From contig CP070761.1 of the NCBI GenBank assembly GCA_020348985.1, positions 98,023-132,250 on the forward strand: a DNA stretch of 34,228 nt. Direction: 5' to 3'. Below are positions 17,604 through 27,186 of the stretch, piece after piece (positions within the stretch are counted from its first letter, which is position 1; the number at the start of each line of letters is the position of its first letter). This stretch comes from Candidatus Thorarchaeota archaeon (lineage in GTDB: Archaea; Asgardarchaeota; Thorarchaeia; Thorarchaeales; Thorarchaeaceae). A program made the position numbers and the translations under genes. The notes beneath the pieces were generated by a model. That model was not told the origin of the DNA. It was given only the letters and a program-made list of their open reading frames with translations, and made no database searches.

Positions 17604-17779
17604 CTAAACCCCATCGTTTCAAGACATAGTCAGATTCAAGAGAACCAGAAGATACTGTCGATGATTCAGTAAGATATGTCTTGGTACGACACTGGCCTCT
17701 GCATATGCAAAGGCAAGTTCTAAAATGCAATCAAAGAACCACGTTTGGAGTGGAATCTGAGTCAACTACGGACTGAATC

Positions 17780-18922
17780 TCATTCCTGGGTCGACGGTTC
17801 ATCTACTTCATGAAAAATGCAGTGAGTTCTTACAAACCGTCCCTCTTCATCACGAGCGATTCGTCCATGAAATACGGCCACAACCTCGCTCTGATCTTTG
17901 CGTACAAGTTTGAATCGAACATCCTTGATTCTGCCAGCTTCTTTGAATTTTTTGAATCGTCCTTTAAAGATGTCTTTCATTTCCGGGGAGAGGAATTCCG
18001 AGAATGAAGCACCTATCACTTCTCCTTTTGTGTAGCCGAGTGCCTCCAGCCATGCCGGATTGACCTCAATCAGCCTTCCGTCCTTATCCAGCGATTGGTA
18101 CCCAAGCGGCGCGTTTTCATAGAGAAGGCGGAAGTGCTCAGCACTTTCTCGGAGGAGTTTCTCCTGTTGCTTTCTCTCTGAAACATCTCTCACAATCGCC
18201 TGAACGTAGTCTTTTCCTCCAAATCGAAACAGGCTGGAGGAGACCTCTGCAGGAAACTCTTCGCCGTTACTCTTAGTGAAGTGACTCTCGTAGCGAACTA
18301 CTCCTTCTTTCAGAAGGGTCTCGAAGGCTGTTCGGCTGTGTGCTCGGGCCTCAACCGGGTGAAGCTCATAGACTAGATATGACATGATTTTAGACCTGTC
18401 GTATCCGAATAGCTCGAGAGCACACTGATTCACGTCAACAATCAAACCTTCGAAATCGTGAATGAAGATTGCATCATTGGACTCGTTGAAAAGCTCGCGG
18501 TACTTCTCACGTTCATCAGCAAGCGTGATGTCTGAGATTTCTGAAGGCACTGCAGTCTTATCCACTTGTCTGACTATCAGAATGCAGCCGTGTGATTCCT
18601 CATCATCTCTCCCAAGTGGCGCAGCGGAGATCATGGTATGCAGATGAGTTCCGGATGCAGTCGACCAAATCACCTCATCCGTTGCTGAGAGACATTCATC
18701 CACCATTGGGATGAAGTCAGCAATGAAGCTCTTACTCTCTTTGACGAGGAAATCATCGACCTTCTTCCCGATGATTTCGTCAAGAGGTCTCTCCAGCATA
18801 GAAGCCGTGCTCTGGTTTGTTGAGATTATCTCCCTGTCTTCGCCGAGCAGAATCACTCCGTCAGATATCAGGTCTGCGAGCAGACTCGCAGGCACGTCCT
18901 GCAGCTCTTTGATATTCTCCAC
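17780..18922 (-). CDS. PAS domain S-box protein (three PAS domains, no output domain)
   Basis: Three PAS repeats (DGVILL..., NDAIFIHD...RDVSERK, ENAPLGYQSLD...); GTG start after AGGAGGAG. Confidence 0.9.
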   Translation of the reverse strand: MENIKELQDVPASLLADLISDGVILLGEDREIISTNQSTASMLERPLDEIIGKKVDDFLVKESKSFIADFIPMVDECLSATDEVIWSTASGTHLHTMISAAPLGRDDEESHGCILIVRQVDKTAVPSEISDITLADEREKYRELFNESNDAIFIHDFEGLIVDVNQCALELFGYDRSKIMSYLVYELHPVEARAHSRTAFETLLKEGVVRYESHFTKSNGEEFPAEVSSSLFRFGGKDYVQAIVRDVSERKQQEKLLRESAEHFRLLYENAPLGYQSLDKDGRLIEVNPAWLEALGYTKGEVIGASFSEFLSPEMKDIFKGRFKKFKEAGRIKDVRFKLVRKDQSEVVAVFHGRIARDEEGRFVRTHCIFHEVDEPSTQE

Positions 18923-19037
18923 TTGAGCTCCTCCTAGGGCTTTCAGAGAGAAATCTCCCCTTGACTTGACTATATGTTACAAGTCTCCCTTTTGGAGTTT
19001 GCCCATAGTCGAAATTTCTTGGTTATAAGTAGAGATT

Positions 19038-19664
19038 CTATGTTCCCAAACAGGTTCCACCGGCCTCAAGACCAAGGTCGAATGCTCTGGAATTTGCGTC
19101 AATTGTCTTCTCGGGAACGAGTGCTAGCACTGCTTCTCGCACCTTCTCTGTGGGGATTGGGAAATCTGGACACGCCAAGGCCGCTCCGACGAGAACGGAG
19201 TTCTCTGTCTTTGCATTGCCTGCTTGAAGCGCCAATTCTAGCGAATCCAGAAGTACGATGTTGTCTGTAACCATTTTCAGCTTGTCCACAATCTGTTCAA
19301 TAGTTAGGTACTTCGTCTTCCCTGTCTTGTCCAGAGCAACTTTCTCAGTTTCACTGACCGAAGGCATGATGCGATTGCTCATGATGACAACTCCGCCATC
19401 CTTGAGGTACTCGATGTAGCGAAGGGTCTCGCTTGCTTCCATAGCAATCATCATGTCGGCCTTGCCATATGCGATTAGCGGCGAGATCGGTTCACCGATT
19501 CTGAAGTGGACATAAATGGAGCCCTGTCTCTGTGAAAGACCATGCTGTTCTCCCGTCATGACTTCAAGCCCTGCGTCAACAGCCGCCTTTCCTAGAATCG
19601 ACGACAGCAGCATGAGACCCTGACCACCCACTCCGCAGAACATGATATTGAATGTACCACTCAT
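19038..19664 (-). CDS. iorB: Indolepyruvate:ferredoxin oxidoreductase beta subunit
   Basis: GVGGQG and HGLSQRQGS; ATG at 19664 follows GAGGTGA and is coupled to iorA. Confidence 0.93.
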   Translation of the reverse strand: MSGTFNIMFCGVGGQGLMLLSSILGKAAVDAGLEVMTGEQHGLSQRQGSIYVHFRIGEPISPLIAYGKADMMIAMEASETLRYIEYLKDGGVVIMSNRIMPSVSETEKVALDKTGKTKYLTIEQIVDKLKMVTDNIVLLDSLELALQAGNAKTENSVLVGAALACPDFPIPTEKVREAVLALVPEKTIDANSRAFDLGLEAGGTCLGT

Positions 19665-19669
19665 TTCAT

Positions 19670-21565
19670 TCACCTCTCTATGTGACGCGGAGCGTCAACT
19701 GGGCAGACTTGTCTGCACTCAAGACAGCCATCACAGAGGTCCTGCTGGATCTTCATTTTCCTATCATCTTCATCCACAAGAATGGCTGGACAGTAGAACT
19801 CCTTGACGCAAGCATAGATACTCCTGCAGGTGTCCTTCACATTCTCGCTGGGTACTATCTTCTCACCCAGTCGCTTCTTCAGACGGTCTCCGTAGAGCGC
19901 GCAATCACGCTTGGAAATGATCACTGAGAGACCTTCTATCTGGATTGCATCTATGATCGGCTGGATGCAGTCACGAGTCTCGTACGGGTCGATGATTGCT
20001 ATCTTGGCAGCGCCCAATGCCTCGAAGAACTTCTCCATGTTGATTTTTCTTGCGGGGTGTCCCCCAGCATTGAACTCGCTATTTGGATTGAATTGCTGCC
20101 CGGTCATTGCAGTCACTGAATTGTCGAGCACGAACAGAGTCACATTCGAATTGTGATGGATGAGGTTGACAATCCCTGGCAACGCTGCATGGTAGAGCGT
20201 GGAGTCGCCAACCATCGCAATTACCTTGTCTTCCAGAACAAGGTTCATTCCAGCCGAAAGCCCCAAAGATGCACCCATCGCTAGCATCGAGTCACTAAAC
20301 TCGTTAGGTGGCAAGAATGCCATTGAGTAGCATCCGATGTCGTTGTTGAATACAATCTTATCTCTGATCTTCAGTCTGTTTAGCGCTTGCCTGAAAGCCC
20401 AGAGAGTACCTCGGTGAGGACATCCAGGGCAGAAGATTGGCACTCGATTAGAGAGCACTTCTGCCAGTTCCTCAGCGCGAGTCAGAATAGCATCGTAGTC
20501 AAGGGAGATCTCACTACCGGTAACATCTGAGAGGACTTTCTCAACGATAGGCACGTTGTATTCCAGCATCTCACTGAAGTGACCACTCTTCTTTCCAATG
20601 ATCTCAATTGTGGGATTGGCTTCTTTCGCGATTGCTGTGATTCGGGTCTCAAGGTACGGTGTAAGTTCCTCGACTATAATCACCTTGTCTAGGCGCTTCA
20701 AGAAGTCAGCAATCTTCTCTTCAGGAAGCGGGAATAGCGTTCCAATCTTAAGAACTGGTAGCTCTGCCTCCAAGTTTCGCATTGCTTCCTTGGTGTGCAG
20801 ATAGCAGACACCAGCGGTAATCACTCCAGTTGTCCCTTTTCCTTCGTCTATGAAGTTGAACTTGGTCTTCTCGAATTCTTTTTGGAGTGCCGCCTTCTTC
20901 TCAAGCAGCTTTGCTTTGAGTGCCCTAGCAACTGAACCTACCGTGAAGTACTGCCCCTTGACATCTGCCCAAGACTTCCTCTCAAAGGGAGTCCTCTTCA
21001 GATCTCCCAGCTTCACCATGCCCCTTGAGTGATTGACTCTTGTCGTCGTTCTCATGATTACCAGGGTCTTGTGTCTCTCAGAGACCTCAAACGCCCACCG
21101 AACCATATCGTGGGCTTCCTGAGCATTCGACGGCTCTATCATCGGCACATATGCCACCTCTCCAAAATACCTGCCATCCTGCTCAGATTGAGACGAGTGG
21201 GCAAACGGATCATCAGCAATGAGGCATACACAACCGGCGTTCAGTCCGGTATAGCCCATGCTGAACATAGAATCACTTGCAACGTTCATCCCTACGCTTT
21301 TCATGGATGTGAATGAACGGACTCCTGCCATGGAGGCTCCGGCAACAGTCTCAAGCGCAACTTTCTCGTTTGCTGCAATCTCCATTTTGTAGTCTCCAAA
21401 GTGGTCGAGTACTTCTCCAAACGTGTCCAGAATCTCTGAAACAGGCGAACCTGGGTAGAACGAAACAACCTTGACATCCGACTCAAGAGCTCCTCGCACT
21501 ACTGCTTCATTCGAGAGCATGAGCGCGGGTCCATGGTCCGTTCTCATGACGTCTTCGACGGTCAT
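19670..21565 (-). CDS. iorA: Indolepyruvate:ferredoxin oxidoreductase alpha subunit
   Basis: YPGSP, NEKVALE, MKSVGMNVASD, SSQSEQD, CPGCPHR, DIGCY, TPP motif GDST...DNSVTAMTG, C-terminal ferredoxin domain. Confidence 0.96.
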   Translation of the reverse strand: MTVEDVMRTDHGPALMLSNEAVVRGALESDVKVVSFYPGSPVSEILDTFGEVLDHFGDYKMEIAANEKVALETVAGASMAGVRSFTSMKSVGMNVASDSMFSMGYTGLNAGCVCLIADDPFAHSSQSEQDGRYFGEVAYVPMIEPSNAQEAHDMVRWAFEVSERHKTLVIMRTTTRVNHSRGMVKLGDLKRTPFERKSWADVKGQYFTVGSVARALKAKLLEKKAALQKEFEKTKFNFIDEGKGTTGVITAGVCYLHTKEAMRNLEAELPVLKIGTLFPLPEEKIADFLKRLDKVIIVEELTPYLETRITAIAKEANPTIEIIGKKSGHFSEMLEYNVPIVEKVLSDVTGSEISLDYDAILTRAEELAEVLSNRVPIFCPGCPHRGTLWAFRQALNRLKIRDKIVFNNDIGCYSMAFLPPNEFSDSMLAMGASLGLSAGMNLVLEDKVIAMVGDSTLYHAALPGIVNLIHHNSNVTLFVLDNSVTAMTGQQFNPNSEFNAGGHPARKINMEKFFEALGAAKIAIIDPYETRDCIQPIIDAIQIEGLSVIISKRDCALYGDRLKKRLGEKIVPSENVKDTCRSIYACVKEFYCPAILVDEDDRKMKIQQDLCDGCLECRQVCPVDAPRHIER

Positions 21566-21673
21566 CGTTAAAACCTCTCAGCTTCGATACCTAACTTGGC
21601 GTGACATGCATACTCTGCATAACATAAGCCTTGGGCTATGTACGTACCAATCACTTCAGGAATGTATTATGAG

Positions 21674-22150
21674 TTATCCACCCGGACTACCATGCCAAGG
21701 AGAATCCTTCCATATCATGTCCCATATCATGTCCTCTGTTAGAGTTTCGGGCTCAATGATTGCTTTGTGAAGATCGTGCAGTAGTTTGTGATGTCGAATC
21801 TCGTCTTCTCGTATCATCGCGGCAATAGTCCTAACCTGTTCATTGTCGCTCTTCTCGACAAGTTCGCCGTAGGCCTTGACAGCGTGAGCCTCCAGCTCGA
21901 TGTGTTCTTTGATACCGTCTGCAATCTTGTCCCGTTCCGACACGCTAATGAATGGAGTGGGACCCTCTACGGCCTTTCTAAGAGACTTCAAGAGCGTCGC
22001 GTGCTTCTTTGAATCTTGAGCAATGCCAAGAAGCAGGTCTTTCACAAACACGTTCCCCAACTTGGAAGTGTTATCCTCAACTAATTCTATGATCTTCTTC
22101 TCAAGCTCGATCTGCTTGTCAATGAATTGAAGTGTTTCTTTCTTTTCCAA
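21674..22150 (-). CDS. Ferritin-like (erythrin-like) protein
   Basis: QIELE...DSKKH and HIELE...EDEIRH; TTG start after GGAGTGA; tail WKDSPWHGSPGG. Confidence 0.85.
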   Translation of the reverse strand: MEKKETLQFIDKQIELEKKIIELVEDNTSKLGNVFVKDLLLGIAQDSKKHATLLKSLRKAVEGPTPFISVSERDKIADGIKEHIELEAHAVKAYGELVEKSDNEQVRTIAAMIREDEIRHHKLLHDLHKAIIEPETLTEDMIWDMIWKDSPWHGSPGG

Positions 22151-22310
22151 GATATGTCACTCCAGCTGTCCGACGTCTGGTCGTGTGCCTATCTGCCTTA
22201 TGACTTTTGACAAAGCTCAACAAACTGATAAGAAGCAAACACTACTCCCACAGCGCATCTCTTATATCACACGAAATGAACTCTCAATCGTCCAAGAGGT
22301 TGGTCACGAA

Positions 22311-22553
22311 ATGACAAAAGCAACCATCTACACGGCAACAAAGTGCCCTCACAGCAAGAGACTCAAAGAGTTCTTGACTGAAAACGGCGTCGACTTTGAA
22401 GACAAGTGTGTTCTGGACAGTCAGGAATTGCTCCAAGAGCTGTTGGAAGTGAGTGATCAGCGAGCAGTTCCAGTAACAGTTGTTGAAGGAGAAGTCTTCG
22501 TAGGATTTGGTAGGCGAGCCGAGAGAAGGTTACGGAGAAAATTGGGGGCTTAG
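22311..22553 (+). CDS. Glutaredoxin/NrdH-like redoxin (CPHS)
   Basis: IYTATKCPHS...AVPVTVVEGEVFVGF; 80 aa from ATG 22311. Confidence 0.88.
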   Translation: MTKATIYTATKCPHSKRLKEFLTENGVDFEDKCVLDSQELLQELLEVSDQRAVPVTVVEGEVFVGFGRRAERRLRRKLGA

Positions 22554-22557
22554 GAAG

Positions 22558-23496
22558 ATGTTTGATGTAATCATAATCGGATCTGGTGTTACAGGTTACG
22601 GTGCAGCCATGTATGCAGCACGCTTGGATCTCTCTGTTGTAGTAATTGGCGATGTCGACGGTGGCACAATAACGCTGACAGATGATGTTGCGAACTACCC
22701 TGGTTTCATTCAATTGACCGGAACTGAGCTAGCACAGAATCTTAAGTCACACGCACTAGATTATCCTGTTACGATTGAAACTGGGACGGTTGTCGATGTC
22801 TTCAGAGAAGGTCAGGACATATTCTATGCTGTTACTGATGGCAAGACGCATCTTGGTAAATCTGTGGTATTTGCCACGGGACTTAAGGAAAGAGAACTCG
22901 ATGTTCCCGGTCATGATGAGTTCAAGAACAAGGGCGTCAGCTACTGCGCCCTCTGTGATGCTCCGCTCTTCAAGGACAAGACGGTAGCAGTTGTAGGTGG
23001 AAGTGACAGCGCGGCCAAGGAGGCATTATTGCTCGCCAAGTATTGTCCGAAGGTGTACATAATCTACAGGAGAGAGCAGATTCGTCCAGAACCAATTAAC
23101 GGAAGAAGGATTGAGAAGGAACCTCGAATTGAGGTGATCACTGAGACCAATGTTACCGAGATTATGGGCGACCAAAGAGTGACTGGTGTAAAGCTGGACA
23201 AGCCCTACAACGGTTCGGACACACTTGAACTAGATGGCGTCTTCGTTGCAATCGGAGGAATTCCGTACTCCGAGCTTGCAAAGAAGATGGGCGTGAAAAC
23301 CAACGAGAAGGACGAGATTCAAATCGATCGATCGAGTCGAACGAATATCGAAGGAGTCTTTGCGGCAGGTGATGTTGTGGACACTGAATTCAAACAGGCC
23401 ATTACTGGTGTGGCTGAAGGTGTACATGCAGCATATCAAGCCTACAAATATATCAACGAGAGGGACTTCGTAGTCTCGTGTCGAGAGAGCGAATAG
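22558..23496 (+). CDS. trxB: Thioredoxin-disulfide reductase
   Basis: IIGSG, KGVSYCALCDAPLF, VVGGSDSA, YRR, GVFAAGD, KQAIT. Confidence 0.92.
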   Translation: MFDVIIIGSGVTGYGAAMYAARLDLSVVVIGDVDGGTITLTDDVANYPGFIQLTGTELAQNLKSHALDYPVTIETGTVVDVFREGQDIFYAVTDGKTHLGKSVVFATGLKERELDVPGHDEFKNKGVSYCALCDAPLFKDKTVAVVGGSDSAAKEALLLAKYCPKVYIIYRREQIRPEPINGRRIEKEPRIEVITETNVTEIMGDQRVTGVKLDKPYNGSDTLELDGVFVAIGGIPYSELAKKMGVKTNEKDEIQIDRSSRTNIEGVFAAGDVVDTEFKQAITGVAEGVHAAYQAYKYINERDFVVSCRESE

Positions 23497-23507
23497 GAAT
23501 CGCTTTT

Positions 23508-23804
23508 TCATTTCCTGAGAGCGACTCGCCAGGGATATAGCTGACCAAAGAAGATTCCCGATTTGATTGCGGGGTCATTCTCCATGATGCTTCTAGCGGA
23601 TTCAATTGAGTCAGTCTCAATAATCGTAAGACCGAAGAGAACCTCAGAGAATCGTCCAGCCATCATAAGTATTCCTTCACCAAGGAGTTTCTCAAGATAG
23701 CTGAAGTGATTCTCAATTATCTTCTCGGTACCAGGTTCTCCATACTTGGGAGCAGGACGTAGGACGATTACGAATGATTTCTTGTCCTCTGAGGTCGCAG
23801 TCAT
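23508..23804 (-). CDS. YciI-family protein
   Basis: HFSYLEKL...AGRF...NDPAIKSG pattern. Confidence 0.85.
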   Translation of the reverse strand: MTATSEDKKSFVIVLRPAPKYGEPGTEKIIENHFSYLEKLLGEGILMMAGRFSEVLFGLTIIETDSIESARSIMENDPAIKSGIFFGQLYPWRVALRK

Positions 23805-23805
23805 C

Positions 23806-24450
23806 CTATTCAACTGCCTCTAGCAGCTTGTCCAAAAACATCTCTATTGGTGTAAGTCCTTCGACAGAAACCGATTCGTTGAAAATGGTCTTTGGCACGC
23901 CAAACACAGCGTACTGAGTAGCAAGGTCTTGAAACTCAAGCGCCTCTATCATATCAGACTCTATGAGAGGATTCAGAATTGCTGCCTGGTGAGCCAGTCT
24001 CACCATGTTTGGACAATACGGGCATTGCGGTGTCGTGAATACTTGAATATGAACTGGTTTGTCAATTGCCCGAATCTCCTCGATTACATCCGGCGGCATA
24101 GGTGCAGTACCAGATGAGACATCGATGATCGATCCGATGAGAGCTCCAAACTCATGCCCTGCAGGGATTCCATAGAACCTTGCCTTGTATTCGTCTCTAC
24201 CATGCAGCACGATGGCCGGATTGAATCTGATTCCAAGCTCGGCCGCCTTGCCCTCGCCGATTGGGTCTTTGTGAATCTCCACATTGAGTTTGTCTGATAA
24301 TTCAGCAATTTGTCTCGCAATCTCCCCTGTGTCATTACAGTACAGACAATCATGATCGCGCAGGAAGAGATGCATCGTCACGTTGTCTTCGAGTTGCTCA
24401 AACATTTCTTGGACCTGCTCTTTAGTAGCATCATCCATTTCTACTACCAT
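23806..24450 (-). CDS. Protein disulfide oxidoreductase (PDO / archaeal glutaredoxin-like, AhpF N-terminal-like)
   Basis: Two Trx folds with CLYC and CPYC; FYGIPAGHEF; GVPKT. Confidence 0.93.
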   Translation of the reverse strand: MVVEMDDATKEQVQEMFEQLEDNVTMHLFLRDHDCLYCNDTGEIARQIAELSDKLNVEIHKDPIGEGKAAELGIRFNPAIVLHGRDEYKARFYGIPAGHEFGALIGSIIDVSSGTAPMPPDVIEEIRAIDKPVHIQVFTTPQCPYCPNMVRLAHQAAILNPLIESDMIEALEFQDLATQYAVFGVPKTIFNESVSVEGLTPIEMFLDKLLEAVE

Positions 24451-24535
24451 TACAGTGTTCCCCACTTCACGATAGCAAATCCGCATATATCAAGCTTGGT
24501 TTAGTGGACATTAGTCCCGGCTTGCGGCGCCTCAA

Positions 24536-25615
24536 CTACTTCTCGACCCAGGTCACTCTCTCGTCATCAATCATGTCTTGTAGTCCGTCAGGTACATCCT
24601 TAGACTTCTCGAGGGATTTTGAGGCAATAAGCTCGGTGTCCTCTGAAATGGAAATATCCTCTAGAGACGTACACGTAAAAAGAGGGCTAATGTCAATTGA
24701 GGCAAATTGATTCTCCTCACTCTTGTGATCACTGAAGAGAAACAGCTCTTCTAGCTCGCTCCAGCCAGCGAGCGGCGTCAGGTCTATCTCTCTAAGTTTG
24801 TTTCTTGACAAATCTAGGCTGAATATGTGAATACAACGCGTGAGTGGGTACAGGTCAATCTCTTTTAGCTGATTCATTGCAAGGCCTACTTTCCTAAGTT
24901 CTCTGCAATTGCTTAGAGGCTCCAAATCGATGCTTTCTAGCTGATTTCCCCCCAATCTTATCATGCGAAGGTCTGTACATTGTAACAACGGTGCTAGATC
25001 GATTTCTTGCAGGTGATTATGTTGAAGGTAGACAAACTTCAGCTTCTCACAGCCCTCTAATGGACTCAGGTCTATGGTACTTAGAGAGTTGTACATCAAG
25101 TTCAGCTGGATGAAGCCCGTACAATTGCTCAGTATTGACAAGTCAATCTCAGAGAAATCGTTGTTCTCGAGCTCCAATACTTCCAGTCCATGGCATGCAG
25201 AGATTGGTGAAAGATCAATCTTGCTCAATTGATTATTGAAGAGCCGAAGACGCTGCAACTCAGTGCAGTCGCTCAAAGGAGAGAGGTCAACGCTTTCAAA
25301 CTGATTTGAACCCAATTCTAGTACGTTCAAGTTCTTGCAGCCGCTTAGGGGCTGGAGATCAATCTGAGAAAGTTGATTCTTGTTTAGACCTAATACACGA
25401 AGATTTGCACATGTTGCCAAGGGAGCCAAATCCAGAGTGGACAGAGGATTCGAACTCAGGAGTAGTTCTTCAAGGTTGTCACAATTCTCCAACTGTGCAA
25501 GATCTATGCTTACAATCCCCTTTCTCTCCAAGTCGAGGGTTGAATCGTCCTCCTCGAAATCGATCCCTTCGGTTTTTCCGTCCTTCTTTGTGTACGTTAC
25601 TGTTATGTCACACAC
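24536..25615 (-). CDS. Leucine-rich repeat protein (12 repeats of 24 aa)
   Basis: Consensus IDLxPLxxCxxLxxLxLxxNxLxx; no signal peptide or TM segment. Confidence 0.93.
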   Translation of the reverse strand: MCDITVTYTKKDGKTEGIDFEEDDSTLDLERKGIVSIDLAQLENCDNLEELLLSSNPLSTLDLAPLATCANLRVLGLNKNQLSQIDLQPLSGCKNLNVLELGSNQFESVDLSPLSDCTELQRLRLFNNQLSKIDLSPISACHGLEVLELENNDFSEIDLSILSNCTGFIQLNLMYNSLSTIDLSPLEGCEKLKFVYLQHNHLQEIDLAPLLQCTDLRMIRLGGNQLESIDLEPLSNCRELRKVGLAMNQLKEIDLYPLTRCIHIFSLDLSRNKLREIDLTPLAGWSELEELFLFSDHKSEENQFASIDISPLFTCTSLEDISISEDTELIASKSLEKSKDVPDGLQDMIDDERVTWVEK

Positions 25616-25735
25616 TCTTGCATACCCCTCTTTGGCTAACCTACCATGACTACACCATTAATAATTCTACTTTGCCCTGACGCTGCCTCTGCTCCGACCA
25701 CAGATTTCATAGAAAATGGGGCCGTCACACTGTCT

Positions 25736-26623
25736 TCAGACGTCCCTCTGTTGTCGCATTATCATAAGATTGTGTTCAGCCGCCTCATTATTGGGGTCTA
25801 TGTCAACAGCCCTCTGAAACGCGGCAATTGCAGCCACATTCAATCCAAGCCTGGCGTAGGCGATTCCAACCTTAGACCATCCCTCAGAGTCTTCTGGGTT
25901 GATTTCAACGGCTTTCTTTAACGCTTCAAGTGAATCCTTGTTCTTCCCCAACTGACTGAGTATCTTGCCAAGGGTCTTCCATCCATCTGTGTAACGAGAG
26001 TCCAATTTGACAGATTTCCTTGCAGCCTTCTCAGCCTTTTTCAATTCGTCGAGTTCCAGCAGAATACTTGCCAGAATGTGAAACGCCTCGCAACTGTTTG
26101 GCGATGACTTGATCCAGTCCTGGGTGGTCCTTAGGGCCAGAGTATAGTCCCCTATCTCCATCTGGCTCTTCACAACCTCAACCCACGGTTCCGCAGAGGT
26201 GGGCTTTAGAGATGCTGCACGACGAAAGGCATCATCACTTTTCTCAAGCTGATCAGTCGAGAAATAGAGCATACCTAGGCTATGATAAGAAGCTGAATGC
26301 ATGGAGTCTATCTTCAGCGCCTGTTTCAGTGCAACCTCGGCTTCTTGGTACTTATACTTGCCGCGAAGATACTCCCCCCATTCATGCCAAGATTCTACAT
26401 CATCCGGGCTGGACTCCGCCTTCAGACGAAGATCCTTCTCTTCCTTTGCCGCTTTCTCCTCCTCGGTGAGAGGCTTCGGTTTCTTCTTTCTGGAAGTCTT
26501 TTTTGGAGCCGGTTTCTTGGCTGCCTTCTTCTCCGTTGTCTTTGGTTTCGCAGTCTGTGCGGCTTTCGACTTTTGCTCCGCTTTCTTCTTCTTTGGAGCT
26601 GATTTGGTCTTCTTATTCGACAT
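25736..26623 (-). CDS. Tetratricopeptide repeat protein with Lys-rich N-terminus
   Basis: About six TPR units (e.g. GWSKVGIAYARLGLNVAAIAAFQRAVDIDP); K/A/P-rich leader; ATG 26623 after GAGG. Confidence 0.9.
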   Translation of the reverse strand: MSNKKTKSAPKKKKAEQKSKAAQTAKPKTTEKKAAKKPAPKKTSRKKKPKPLTEEEKAAKEEKDLRLKAESSPDDVESWHEWGEYLRGKYKYQEAEVALKQALKIDSMHSASYHSLGMLYFSTDQLEKSDDAFRRAASLKPTSAEPWVEVVKSQMEIGDYTLALRTTQDWIKSSPNSCEAFHILASILLELDELKKAEKAARKSVKLDSRYTDGWKTLGKILSQLGKNKDSLEALKKAVEINPEDSEGWSKVGIAYARLGLNVAAIAAFQRAVDIDPNNEAAEHNLMIMRQQRDV

Positions 26624-26814
26624 TGAACTGTCCTCTTCCAAACGATCCGCTTCGATAGTGAGACTCCATCATACTGGGGAAATTGAAAGACAAGATGAAG
26701 TACGTGACTAATATCGCTTTCCTATTCCTAGTCTTTAGATGTCTCTATGTCAATTGGGATAGATTCTTTAATTGCTCATTTCCCAGCACCGCCACGCCAT
26801 AGGAGACAAAATGC

Positions 26815-27186
26815 ATGGAAAAGAAGACTCTGGGTATCCTACTTCTCTCAAGCCCGTATACCCATCAGAATAGCCACACGCTCTATGAGCTAGCAAGATC
26901 TGCACTTCAGAAGGGCTATGGAGTGAAGGTGTTTCTGTTTGTGGATGGTGTCAATAACGCAAAGATGGGACAGGATCCCGACCCAGATGTCCCGATGAAT
27001 GAGAGGTTCACTGAACTAGCAGAAATGGGTGCGGAATTCCAAGCATGCGGTCTATGCACCTCTGCACGCGGATTTGATCAAAAAGGATCCGACTTCATTG
27101 AAGAGGTTGAAGTCACAGGCTTGACCGAGTTTGCAGAAATCGTCGGTGAATGTGAGCGATTCGTTACTTTCTCTCTCAATAGGTGA
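26815..27186 (+). CDS. dsrE: DsrE/TusD-family sulfur relay protein
   Basis: SSPY, FLFVDGV, ACGLCTSARG; first gene of the EFH triad. Confidence 0.85.
   Translation: MEKKTLGILLLSSPYTHQNSHTLYELARSALQKGYGVKVFLFVDGVNNAKMGQDPDPDVPMNERFTELAEMGAEFQACGLCTSARGFDQKGSDFIEEVEVTGLTEFAEIVGECERFVTFSLNR

Noticed and set aside
22185-22310. Long glutaredoxin N-terminus (and the trxB extension from 22507)
   Set aside because: RBS-supported ATGs at 22311 and 22558 give normal-length proteins.
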